Shown one piece after another: positions 35,600-47,134 of a stretch of 64,000 nt of DNA. The DNA is taken from NCBI GenBank assembly GCA_036172245.1, contig JAYWIR010000038.1, positions 1,364,001 to 1,428,000 of the forward strand. Direction: 5' to 3'. Position 1 is the first letter of the stretch, and each line of letters begins with the position of its first letter. Source of the stretch: Raillietiella orientalis (Eukaryota). The notes under the pieces are model-generated. The model made no database searches. It had not been told where the DNA came from and was given only the letters and a program-made list of their open reading frames with translations. Both the position numbers and the translations under genes were made by a program.

Positions 35600-37585
35600 G
35601 CTAAAGAACATCTGGACGCCATCTACAGAATTTCACTTTTCTGATGTTAATGAAACACCGAGGGTTCTCGGTTTGGCTGCGCTGAAATCTACCGATGGAT
35701 CCAACGACTGGCCTGAAAGAAAGGCAGCTGGATGCTCGGTTAGCACGCATGGCAACGATCGGCATCTTAACTACCATTCTCCCTGAAGAAGATGCTGGCT
35801 TCCTGTCCGCGAAACACATAAACAGGAATAGTCAGTGGGACGAAAGGTTGAAAGTGTTTCTGTGAGAATCACGAACTGGAAAAGGTCGGCGCGTCCATCG
35901 GATGCAAAAAGGTGGGTCATTTTTGTGGGAACTCTTCGCGAAAGAACTTCTCATTCATGACACGGCAAAGAATTCATGGAAGTGCGTTTGTGCTGAAAGA
36001 GATCATTCTCCCGGGAATTTGCTCGGGAAACAGATACTGATTAGGAGAATTGATTCCTAAAGATCATGAGGTGTGCATGCAAAAGAATCTCGTCAGCAGG
36101 AGGTCAGTGATTCGAAAGTTTAGAGCTGAAGACCAGATTTTTCGCATGCCATCACATCGGCTATTCCTCTACACGGGAAGAATTATGCATCTCCGGTTCC
36201 AGTTCACTTTCCAAAATGTACCGGTGCTGCGCGTCACTTTCACTCTCAGTCAGATGCATGTATCCCATGATGAGAACATCGTTCGTGCGATTTCGCGCGA
36301 AGCTCACTTGGCAACCGCAAACTTCCGCCCCGTCTGCTGCACTCCAGTCACCAGCAATGATCATGAGCGAGTGAATGACCTCACTCGCTCATGATCAAGT
36401 CCAGAATTTAAGCCTTCCGTGCAGGATCTGAGAGCCCGACAGTCACAAGATTCGATCTCATCATGGAAATTGGTATCAGATCCTGGAAGACCCACATTAG
36501 GGAGTGATGATCGTGGAGGAGGATGTGGTTGTAGACGTCAAAGCCATGGGGCAGGAGGGCTTTGTTTATCTGATTCGGGGGATGAGAAAATTTACATGAG
36601 TGAGCTGAAAGATGAAATAAGAAGGTGCTATTGGTTTTGGTGCACACCTGCTCTGCTGGACGTTTGACATTGTCCCGCTGCTCCCTCCACCCTAGCGGCA
36701 CGCATCTTACTGAAACGCCCAACTTTATCACGAGGGCACTCAGACGGTGTTGAAGTTCCGATGACTTTAAATTGCCGTGTGCGACGACTTCGCCGGGATC
36801 GCCATTTATTATCATATGTTCAAATGCATCCGCACGTTGGTGGTTCTGCCCCACTCTTTTTTCAGCGATCACCATTCAGGGGTTCCGCAGGATGGCAGCC
36901 TCAGCACTGCGCCCTTCGTGATTGGTCCCTTCGTAAGTCTCAGTCGTTGAGAACACCGAAACATCTCGGCGCGCGGTGCCCACCGACGGGATGGTGCCAT
37001 CGCGCGTGCGCAGAACAAGCGGCGCACGGAAAGAACGGAACCCTTTGATCTTAGCCACGAGGCCGAGAAGCGAGAAGCGAACCCTGCAGGCGCCATGCAT
37101 CTCCTGCACACTCTCTACCAGTAGACCGTTCGAGAGTTTGCGTCATTATTTGACACAACTTTTGGGTTGCCCGTCGTCAAGTCGAAGGAACATGCCTTGC
37201 TCTGGAATGGGGAAAATCCCTAGAGGGTTCTCGTTTACAGGATGCTGATCTGAGAGGAAGCAGTGAGGGCGACGGGAGAGAAGAGCAGATCAAGTTAACA
37301 GAGGAAGTTCAGGAAACGGTTTTACAGCTTCAGCTGAGACATGACTACGAGGGAAGAATGACTTCCTCTGCCATCTCACGGGAGGCCGCACAATTATTTC
37401 GATGGCTCCTTTGGGAAACGATAGTTCTCAGAGGGGAAAACCGTTCGCAATGGCATGACGAAACGCCCATGACCTTCATTGATGTCTCGCTCGCAAATCT
37501 TCATAACGTTTCTTGGAGTCAGGAATGTGTGAATTCTTACAAAGTTTTTGTCTACGCTCCCTCCATCTTGGAGTTTCACAAATAA
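35600..37585 (+). mobile_element. Decayed BEL/Pao pol relic
   Basis: Colinear remnants: RVLGL, QWDERL, IPKDHEVC (cf. IPRLELC), HVSHDENIVRAISRE (cf. HVxxxENPADxxSRG), LFRWLLWE...RSQW (cf. FWxRWxxEY...RxKW). Confidence 0.5.
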
Positions 37586-38082
37586 CACTCACTGCACACC
37601 CAAGGGAGCTGCACCAAATGCACTAAAATGTAGGAAGTCCCGTGACAATCGGAGGGACCTAAGGAAAAGCTGCTCGACATCAGGGAGGATGCCCGAACGC
37701 ATGCAGCTGCAAATGTGACGATGAGATTCCCGAAACCCGCAAAGGGGACGCCATGAGTGCTACCGACCTCAAAACTGACCAGCACGAAATGGAAAGCGCA
37801 TGTTTGACTGAACACCCCGGATCAGATCTGTTTCTCAATCCTCTTTGCTCTGCGTAGTTTACGTCTTCACGCGGAGGGCGTTCCTGAAGCCACCCGTCCA
37901 AGCGACACGCTGCAGCCAGCTGGGTAACACCTGCTAAAGAACCATCTGGGCCTCAAAGCTAAATGGGAACAAAAATCTTCATTCTAAGGGTTCTAAGGAT
38001 AGATCGTTTTGCCTCCTTCCAGGCATTCTTCTGAGAATTCCCTATTGGCGTGGTGCCAATAGGGAATTGGTGCCAACGGCCC

Positions 38083-38780
38083 GCGTTGGCAGCCGTGTGG
38101 TTGAAGTCTCCGCACGTGGTACCATACGTGTAGGTTCGAATTCCTGGGACGGGTCGACGCCGAAAAATGGGTGCGTCGTGGGCTCTGAGTCCCCTCCCAC
38201 GGGAGACGGCGCTGGTTGGCCCCGGCTGGCTCCCGGTGTTGCACTAGTGATGGAATTCAGATGCCCCCGTTGAGCGGCAGGGCTGGAAGTTGACCCTCTG
38301 GGGTCCTTCCAAGAATCAAAAGGAGACGGTTCCCCTTCGGTTGTGAAAATGGAGTCTTCTCCCTCGGGGGGCAGGGTGACCCTCCATCACTTACCACGGA
38401 GCTGGTGGATACTTTTCCGGAGTGTGGAAGGAGCGCGCTGCTCCCTTCGGGGAGATCCCTTCAGGGAAATTTGGGAGCATCCCTTCGGGGTTCTCTTCAG
38501 AAGGGTAGGAAATGGGGAGCGGATCCTTTCGGGGTCTTCTCGGGGGAATAACCAATGGAGTGACCCCCTCTGGAGAGAGAATGAGGAAGAGGAGGTTCGG
38601 GGTTCCCTGCCAAGCGTAAGAGAGAAACGGACTCCTCCTCTTCCCACCGGAGCCTTCCCAGATCCCTAGGGTGGGTCCCTCTACTGTCCCCTAACTTAAA
38701 GAGTTACGCGCATCCTCGGACCGCGTGGGCAGCGTTAAAGAAGAGCTTCTTGCGCCCCTCCCTTAGGAGACGGACGGTCC
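38083..38780 (+). mobile_element. tRNA-headed SINE-like repeat, copy 4
   Basis: GCGTTGGCAGCCGTGTGGTTGAAGTCTCCGCACGTGGTACC...GGTTCGAATTCC head, GGTCGACGCCGAAAAATGGGTGCGTC, family body and tail. Confidence 0.8.
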
Positions 38781-40698
38781 TTCAGCAGTCAGCGAACCAA
38801 GCATCCCAAGCTGAAGCATGAAGATGTCCGAACTGTGATGGAAGCGAAAATTATGGTGCTGACACTCAAACCACTGAAAGCCGTTGAAAGCTCCTCGGAC
38901 ACCGGTTACCTTTCAGCGACTTCCGATTGGAAAGGCAGCTTCTACAAATCAAGGATTCCTTTAGAAAGGCTGGTTGCCAGGGTGTTTGCTGGAGTTGCAG
39001 TGGACCGTACGACGGCAATCCGATCCCCTGTCGGAGAAAACCTTCTGTTCACGTTTGCAGCGTCCACGTTGGACGACGGCCGATTCTTCCGCCATCGCCA
39101 ATGTGTCGGTCTCGTCTTCTCTGCAACGCCCTCCCCACGAGGGTGCAGCTTATCGCTATCGACGCTTCCAGCAGGTGCTCCAGGAACGCTGTATGTTCGA
39201 GTGCACCGTTTCTGTCCCGTGGTGGGGCAAGATGACCAGCGAGGAAATAAAGTGATTTTTTTTTTGCTGCCTTCCGTGGATCTTCGGTCCTGTCGTCACT
39301 GCGTCGTGCGGCGGATGAGACGGCAATCGCCCTCGCCGGTACAGACAATCCTCCGAAAGCGAACGATGCAGCCAACTTCCGGCATCCGCCCCCTTTCCTC
39401 TCCTCCCTGACCTATTCTGAAGGCGCAGGTGAAAGGACCGGACTTGGTCTACCTTCCCCTCCCTCAGGAGCACCACGCCCAGTCGGAGCTCGGGGCTGAA
39501 CCCCGCGGATTGGTTGGGTGAAGGCTATCAGCTCCCAGTGTTTCCGGGCAGCATCTTTTACTTCTTTCGTAGGTTCCCGCGACTCGAGGAACTTTACCTA
39601 CGGGTATTCAAGAGATCGGAGGATCCTCCGGTCCTCCCTCTCGACTGGTGAATCCTTTTATCTACGATTTCCTTGACTTCACTTCGAACCTCCAGGGATC
39701 GTCGCACGAGGATTTCTTCCGGGAGTTGTCGTCTGTAAAGAGCGAGGGAGACGAAGCTCAAGGCCAGAAAGCTTTCCTGCATCCCAGCTACAAAGATTTT
39801 GATCGGATACGGGAAGACGGGGAGCGGAAGAGGAGCTCAGAGCGAAGAGGCGGTCTGCGCTCGAGATGCATCTTCCTCTGATCTCCGACGAGTCGGTTTG
39901 AGAGTCGAGAAGAGATGCAAATTCCTGAGGAAGGAGGAGGACCGATGGATCATCTGCTTAGCTCTCGTTTCTTCCAGAGCGGGAGAAGATATCTGCAGAT
40001 AACAGCAGTTCCTCTTTCCTTTCATGTGTGGGCCGTGAAGAAAGCCAGCTGCGGAGGTCATGAGCATCCTAGAAGAAACTTCTTTTACATGAGCAGATCT
40101 TGTCGGCGAACGAAACGGATAATCGCGAAAGCCTTTCCTGGTAGCGCAGAGTGGGATTCTGGGAACTGCAGTACTACGAAAGGAACTCGAGGAAGCTCTC
40201 CGGGAAAGGAAGGGAGGGAAACTCTCCTTTGATGCGATTGCCGCGGCAGACCAGGTCAAACGGCAGGCACACCAGAACGGGGAAAACCAAGAAAAATTGT
40301 GAGGTGCAAAAGAATCTATGAAAATCCCACGAAACGCATCCAGAAAGAGTTGAGCACTCGGGGGCTACCGAACGACAGCCAAAAGTCCGTTCCGTTCCTC
40401 AAGTAAACGGCAACCTCAGGTAAACTCGAGTGAACCCTCCTCATCCTTAACGGAGAAGATTCCACGTCTCGGGATGCTGGCGATCAAGGAATGCACCCTT
40501 CCAACTTCCATCTGCGATTCCCGAGAGCTGCTGACCAGAGAATTTTGTTGGTTCGGCGAAGAAAGCTTGCGGATGGGCAAAGCTTCTTGCTAGCAAAGGA
40601 CCACTTCGCTTCAACCTTCGTGGAAGGCGGTCCCGTGGGACGCTGGGGTTCGGGTCAGAATCTCCAAGATTGAAATCTCGAATGCCGGAACTTCCAAA

Positions 40699-41523
40699 GA
40701 TCATTACAAATAACTATATTTGCTCGGCATGTAATCTGTGTAGATGGATAGATAGATTCGTGTACATTGTTAAGATTACAAAAAAATAAATACATATGCT
40801 TATTATGTAGATTAGCATGCGTGTTCATATGTAGATCGGCATACAAATGTATTTCATTTAGCATATACATATTATTAATGCGATTGATAATATGTATTTA
40901 TGTATATTATTAATACGTTTATACATAAATAGTGTGTGCATTACATATATTACTTTGTATATGGAAATGAGTGTATAAATATGGAATTTGAGAGATCCCG
41001 AAAATCGAATTCGTGATTTCCCGAGGAAGTGCCAATTATTGAATGCTGAAAATGACGGGAAGAGGAAATACAAATTTCTGTTCTGTTTTGGTTGTTCGTT
41101 TGCTTTAGCACTTTCTTCCACTGCTTTTGATGGTCATCATGGTTTTTTTATTTTTTACAATTCAGTATTCATGTATTCATTTCATATAGTTTCGGTATAT
41201 ATGAGTTAATATACATAATACACACAATATTTTACAATCTTCAATGTGTGTGCATATTAATAATTGGAATAAATACATATTATCGATCTTTTTATTCATT
41301 TCTCATACGTTTATTATAAATATAAACATGTATTTATGCATGTAATGAACATGCATACTTATCTTTATGATCTTTGATATATATATTAGTAGTAACAGAT
41401 ACGTACGATATAATCTATGCAGAAATATATATCATTATACATAATAGGCACATATTTGTTTTTATGATTTTAGATGTATATTCCAATAAATATAATAGAC
41501 GTAGGCATTCATTTTTAATGATC
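40699..41523. mobile_element. AT-rich foldback-like element with long modular inverted arms
   Basis: Ends GATCATTACAAAT / ATTTTTAATGATC. Inner arms GATTGATAATATGTATTTAT (40882) and ATAAATACATATTATCGATC (41269) are inverted. Repeated GATCATAAAAAATAAA-like subunits. Confidence 0.6.
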
Positions 41524-42199
41524 GTTCCAGATTCTGTCATTGGGGATTTTGATTGGCACTGGAAATGTTGCTGATCTGCTGCTGCTGGTGAGATGATTCT
41601 TTTCTCTTTGCCTTGTCGACCAAGGAAAGATGCATCTCAATGGGCAAAGACAATCCTGTCTAAAGGATGAAGGATAAATTCACTAAGGAAAAAGCGGTGG
41701 TGACGCAAACGAAGGAGAGTTCATTTGTACACAAATCAGAAAACTTGCCTAATGCCGAGCGGCGGACGGTCGTCAGGGAAACGCAGCACAGCAGGAAGAG
41801 CACGGCGTTTCCTTCCCTGGGAGACGGAATGAAGTTTTCCACTGCCCGCAGTGTCCTGCCCCTTGGCAGTCGAAAGGGAAGCTGGAGAAACAGTCCCCAG
41901 CTCCTCTGCAGTTTGACATCGACTGACTTCCGATAGGTTCGCTCTTTGCTAAGTGAAGCGGGGTTGAAAACTGGGGTGGGGGAGCCATAGGACGACTAGC
42001 CACCCTCGGCGCCCACCCGGAACCCTTCGAGATGGAAAGCCTCCTGCGAAATTGACCCCAGAAGGAAATCAGGTTGGGTACTTGGACAGCGGGCCCGAGG
42101 ACAGGAGCTGCGACCCGGAGTGCCCCACCGAAGGGGCTTCTGCGCTGGGGCGAGCTGTGGGAATCCCCTGTGAAGAAGCTCTCGAGTGACCCCCAGCGC

Positions 42200-42750
42200 T
42201 CCTGAAGAACTGCACCCTCCCCCCAGCCAAGTGTGGAGATTGAGCACTTCTGCGGTTGCACCGGGACCTCCCATGAGACTCTAGCCCGCATCACCCCATC
42301 CGAGGAGGGGGGACAGTGTCGACCCGAACTGCAGCAGGTGCAGGAAACGTGGATCCCTCCCGCACCCACTCATGGACCGCATCGCTCCCTGCGACCGTTG
42401 GTGGAGCAATGTTCTGCAGCGAACGACCCTCTGGACCCCGACCCCAGGGATTCATTGCCCCAGGGATGCATTCTCCCAGGGACGCATTGCCGCCGGCTGC
42501 ATCCCTGGTGTTGGCAGCTCTTTGTTGCCTAGGAGGGATCGCGGCGGACTAGAGCGGCGCCAGAGGAGGCCGCGGCAGGGACGCCATCCACTTCGCTCTA
42601 CCTTTTTTCGTCACGGGCAACGAGATGGCCTCACCTGGGAAACGTGGAGTGGCGGTCCTTCCCGGGTCTCCCCCCTCCCTCCAAATTTTACTTCCCATAT
42701 TTTTATTTTGGTTTTATTTTTCCCTTTCGTTTGTTTCCCTCTCCCCTCCC
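42200..42750 (+). mobile_element. L1/Tx1-like LINE 3' end relic
   Basis: DSVDPNCSRCRKRGSLPHPLMD at 42312 (same family as the 4256 and 31260 copies); T-rich 3' region at 42685-42740. Confidence 0.55.
42442..42489. repeat. Tandem 3 x 16-bp repeat
   Basis: CCCCAGGGATTCATTG CCCCAGGGATGCATTC TCCCAGGGACGCATTG. Confidence 0.85.
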
Positions 42751-43378
42751 TCCGAGGCGAATGCTCGCCTGCCTGCGCACCGGCATTCCACCTCAAGAGT
42801 TGCTGAAATCTCACCCTCTGTGGACGTGGTAGGACCAGGAGGCCCTGCTACTTTGAAATGAGAGTTTCTTTTTTCACGAGCCAACGCCCCGGAGCTCCCG
42901 GGTGAGAGGCCCAGACCCCTTGACGGTCAGGCAGCGGTCAGAGCAGCGGGAAGGGAGCAGTTGCAGAAGACCGCTCGCCCAGCACGAGGTCACGTCGTCC
43001 GCGCTCGTCGCAGAGCGGAGATCGGGAGGCAGGCAGCGGCCCCCACCTGGGTCGCATCTGGCCGTCCCGCGGCATCCGGCTGGAGACACCCCCGACCGGT
43101 TCATCCGCCGCCGGCGTCGTGAAGCAGGACAAGCCCTGAGGGAACTGTAGCCTCGAGACGGCCGGAAAAGTGAAAGAGGAAACCGTGGAGATGCCAGCGA
43201 ATCCACACTCCACCTAAATTTTCCACTTGCAAAATGGGGGGGAAAAAAAGCAGGGAACACCAGTTCGTAGGCGCATTTCATCAGGTGGGGAAAACCTACT
43301 CGGGGAGAAACGCCGTGGGCAACATAGGCGACGATCGCCCATCAAGTCGAATCAGCCTGCTCCCCTGCTCCCAACTTT

Positions 43379-43702
43379 TTGTCTCGAGACGCTCACCTGG
43401 AAGATCCATCAGAAACCCACTCGGAGAAAATAAAAGCCAAGGGGAAAGCAACGGACTCCTCTGGAAGCCACCAGAGCGCTTGGGGGCTGGAAACCTTCCT
43501 GCGAGCAACCGTTTCCATAGCCATCGAGGCAGCATCGGGACCAGGCGCGAAGCATCTCCTCCTCCTTTCCCAGCTCAATCACCTCTACAGAGGCAGAGCT
43601 CTATCAGACTCGATTTCGAAGCTTCCGATCTTCCCGGATGCCTCGTGGTCCACACGCAAGTGCTGCTGCACGAGGATCTTGAGAGTGCATGCGTTTCTCT
43701 GA
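43379..43702 (+). mobile_element. Decayed BEL/Pao gag-like relic
   Basis: LSQLNHLYRGRALSDSISKLPIFPDASW resembles the DUF1759 pattern LxxxLxGxAxxxIxxLPIxxxNY. Confidence 0.4.
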
Positions 43703-44385
43703 TGATCTGGAGGGCTCGAATCATCCAGTGTTTACATCTGCATTTCGCAATTTCGGTTCAGAATTTCCATCTATCGAGATGAGAAGGCAATCCTGCGTCG
43801 CTGGGGCGCAGCGGATAAATGTCCTCCGGCTACTTTGTCAGACGTCCACGCAGCGCGGAGGACGCTCCTGCGTTAGGAGAGATCTCGGGCTGAAGAAAGT
43901 CAGATGAAACCGATCGAAGTCTCGAGGTGGGTCCTCACACCATCTCCACTCTTACAGGCAGCTTATCCAGAGGAATATCACTGCGTCAGGAGTTGCTGAG
44001 TAACCTCCGTATCCTTGGAGACGCTACCTAAGTGAACCAGCAGTGGACCAGTCCTGCGGAGCAAGCAAACTCACGCAAGAGGTTTGAGGTAGTTTGAGTC
44101 GCCGAGGTCTCGCTCAGAAAGGGGGCCTGGTTAGACCCATTCAAAAGGCATCCGGCTCATGGGGTGGGCAGCAGATATCGCCATGGAAGAGGCGATCCGT
44201 TTCGGAATCAGATCGACAAGGGTGGAAGCGTTCACGGGAGGCACCGCCCTGGCGCTCTCGCCAGCACCTTCGCCATGGAGTTTGCTACGAGAAATGGGCC
44301 GCTTTCCTGTCTAGCACGAGTAACCCTCGCCGTCCAAAACCGGGAATCGCTGCAGCCGCCGATTTCTCCAGCAGAAGGGACGCCC

Positions 44386-45510
44386 GCGTTGGCGGCCATC
44401 TGGCTGCGGGGTCTCCGCTCGTGGAGCTAAGCGTTGCGAGTTCAAACCTCCTCCCCCCCACACAGGGAAGTTATCGACGCCTAGAAATGGGTGCGTCCTG
44501 GGTTTGGAGTCTTCTCCCCTCCCCCCCTACCCGCAAGATGACGCTCATCGGCCTTTAAACTTCGAATATGGCACTATTGGAAAGCCGAAAACCGGATGGC
44601 CCCGTTGACTGGCCTCCGGGATTGGAAATTGACCCTCCAGGGTCCTTCCAGGAATTAAGGAGCTCTTCGGGGTTCCCCACCGGTTGTGAAAATGTAGCCG
44701 TCCCCCTCCTTCTTCAGGGAAGGATCCTCCATCGCGTTGCAGAGCTGGTTGACACCTTCCTCGAAAGGATTGCCTATCCAGGGCGTGAAACGCACCGCTC
44801 CCTTCCGAGTGTGCCCTTCAGAGAAATTGGGAAGCGTCCCTTAGGGACTTTCTTTAGGGGAAGGAACAAAGAGGGAATCCTTTCCGGAGATGGTCCCTCC
44901 GGAGAAGAAATGAGGAGTGACCTCCCCTACCGGGATTCCTCCGGGAAGAGGTTCCCTTCGGAGACAACCAAGACGAGAGGGACGCCGTCCAGTTCGCCTT
45001 TCGCTTTCTGAGGATAGCGGCCAGATGGCCCCACCTTTTCGGTCAGATCTAGATGGCATCCTGGAAAGGGTGCAGACTCCCTCCAGCGTACGGTGGTCCC
45101 CTTTTGACCCTCCCAAAGATTTTTCTTTTTCTTTTTTGCTTTCTCCCTCCTCCTCTACCGAGGTCACCTTGCCGGTCTGCGTACCGGAGACCAGGAGGTC
45201 CATGGACAAATAGAGTGTGGTCAGGACACGTGCTCCACCACAATTTATCGAGTTACTTTTAAATTTTAAGAAACCCCCCGGGGTGTCTGGGTGGAAATTG
45301 GGGACAACCAGGGCGAAAAGCTCCCTTCGTGACTCCCCACCAAGCGTAAGAGAGGAACAGACTCCTTCTCCGGAGTCTTCCTGGATTCACAGGGTGCTCC
45401 CGTGCTTCCCCTATCTTGAAGAGTCACACGCACCCCCGGGTGGAGTGGACGGTGTTCAGAAGAGCTCTGTGAGCTTCCCCCCTAAGGAGGCGAGCGGTTC
45501 TTTAGCACTT
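44386..45510 (+). mobile_element. tRNA-headed SINE-like repeat, copy 5 (longer, with extra internal sequence)
   Basis: GCGTTGGCGGCCATCTGGCTGCGGGGTCTCCGCTCGTGG...GAGTTCAAACCTC head, GAAATGGGTGCGTC, family body, tail CTTGAAGAGTCACACGCACCC...GAAGAGCTCTGTGAG. Confidence 0.75.
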
Positions 45511-47077
45511 GACTCGAAAAAAAGATGGCGGCAGCCTAGCAGACTAAACCACCCCAACCTACTGAGCTGCTACCAGCCTTTTCGACCAACAACACGAGAG
45601 CGCCTTTCCTTGATGCGTGGTGCTTGCGCGAGATCATAAAAACCTTCGAGGGCCTCTGTGGAGCCACATTAGTTCTGCTGCCTCTCATCCGCGTTGTCAA
45701 CCTCGATTTCTCCCACAGCTCCTTCCTCATCTGCTCTTGCTAAGAACATCTTTTCCTGCTGTTCCATTATGGGTTTCCAGAATCCCGACGAAGAAATCCC
45801 CATCCTTCCGGGGTCCCGGCGTGCCATGAAAGTGGTGACTCTCTCCTCCGCCCGATGACGTCAGATTTTTCGTCAGGTCGAGGTCCTGGCAGTTTCCCTT
45901 GGCCGCAAAACTCCTAGCCAATCGCCGAAGGAGGGCAAACTGGATTCGGGGAGAAATGGCCGACGTCCCACACAGATGCTTCTTCCGATGTGTTCCTTCT
46001 GAATCCAGGTAGTTTCAAATTCAGTGATGCCCCTCTTAAGCACCATCCCGTTGGCATTTTCGAGCGGCTCACCACGGACGCCTCGTCTGGAAGGCACGGG
46101 TCTGACAGTTTCGATCGCTTCCGGTCGCCTGAGCAACGCTGCGTTCCCCGTGGACTGCATTCCAGGAACCTGCTAATAATCCGCAGTCCAGCACAGCTAC
46201 CTACGCCCAGTATACTCCTGCAAAGACAAGGGAGGACGGCCTGGCGTTTTCTTATGGAAGAATTTTCCGGTTTCCATGCTTGCTCAAGAGGTCCATTTTG
46301 GATTTTCACTTCTCCTTCCGAAGATGCTGCCTCGTAGCACCAGCCGGAGTTATCACGCACGCGCACGACACTCGACTTTTGCGACTTGGCTCAGGCTCCA
46401 GTCCAGATGATGATTCAAAGCTCAGGATTTGGAAACGAGTAAGCGTTGTCGTCCGGTACGCTGCGGGGATCCATCAGGTTGGATCCAAGACCGTCAAAGG
46501 GCCAGCGCAAAGAGAGTTCGGAACGAAAAAGAAAGAATGCCGGCGGTCAGGTGTGAAGAGCACGCCTCATGTTCCACGTGGGGAGTCTGACCCTAACCGA
46601 ATTTCGGACGCTTTCCGGCTCATTAGTTCCACCCGGCATCTCCAGCATCTGCACCCTTTCGACATCGGGAAGTTTGTTCTTGTTCTTGCTGGTTCAGACG
46701 CACTCGGAAGTCATTTGAGATCGCTGGAGCCTCTTTCCTTCTTTCATATTTCTCCACTCTTTCTTCCGTGGGTCCTAAATCTGAATTCGGGTTAGCTGGG
46801 CAGTGAAGAACCTTTGCTTCACCCGGTGCGGGCATCGGGGAGGGTAAACACCGCCTCACGGGGTTCGCAAGGATTTTCCACTGTTCAACTGCCGCGCTTC
46901 TTGAAGCGGGAACGGGGAACAACCCTGAGAAACCACTCTCGATCCCAGCGGGGCATCCGGCCTGGGACACGAGCCCTTCTTGCCAACGCACGCTCGGTAG
47001 CCTGGAGCCATTACAGAGTCATCTCGCGGAGGGACCCGAAAGCCACGACGTGTCCAGCTCGGCATCGATACTTACAA

Positions 47078-47134
47078 GGGTGATTCGAAACCTCGACGCT
47101 TGGTGCCGCGCGCGGACGCCGTGGCCTCACGACC
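47078..47134 (-). mobile_element. Isolated head of the SINE-like family
   Basis: Minus strand: GGTCGTGAGGCCACGGCGTCCGCGCGCGGCACCAAGCGTCGAGGTTTCGAATCACC. Confidence 0.55.
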
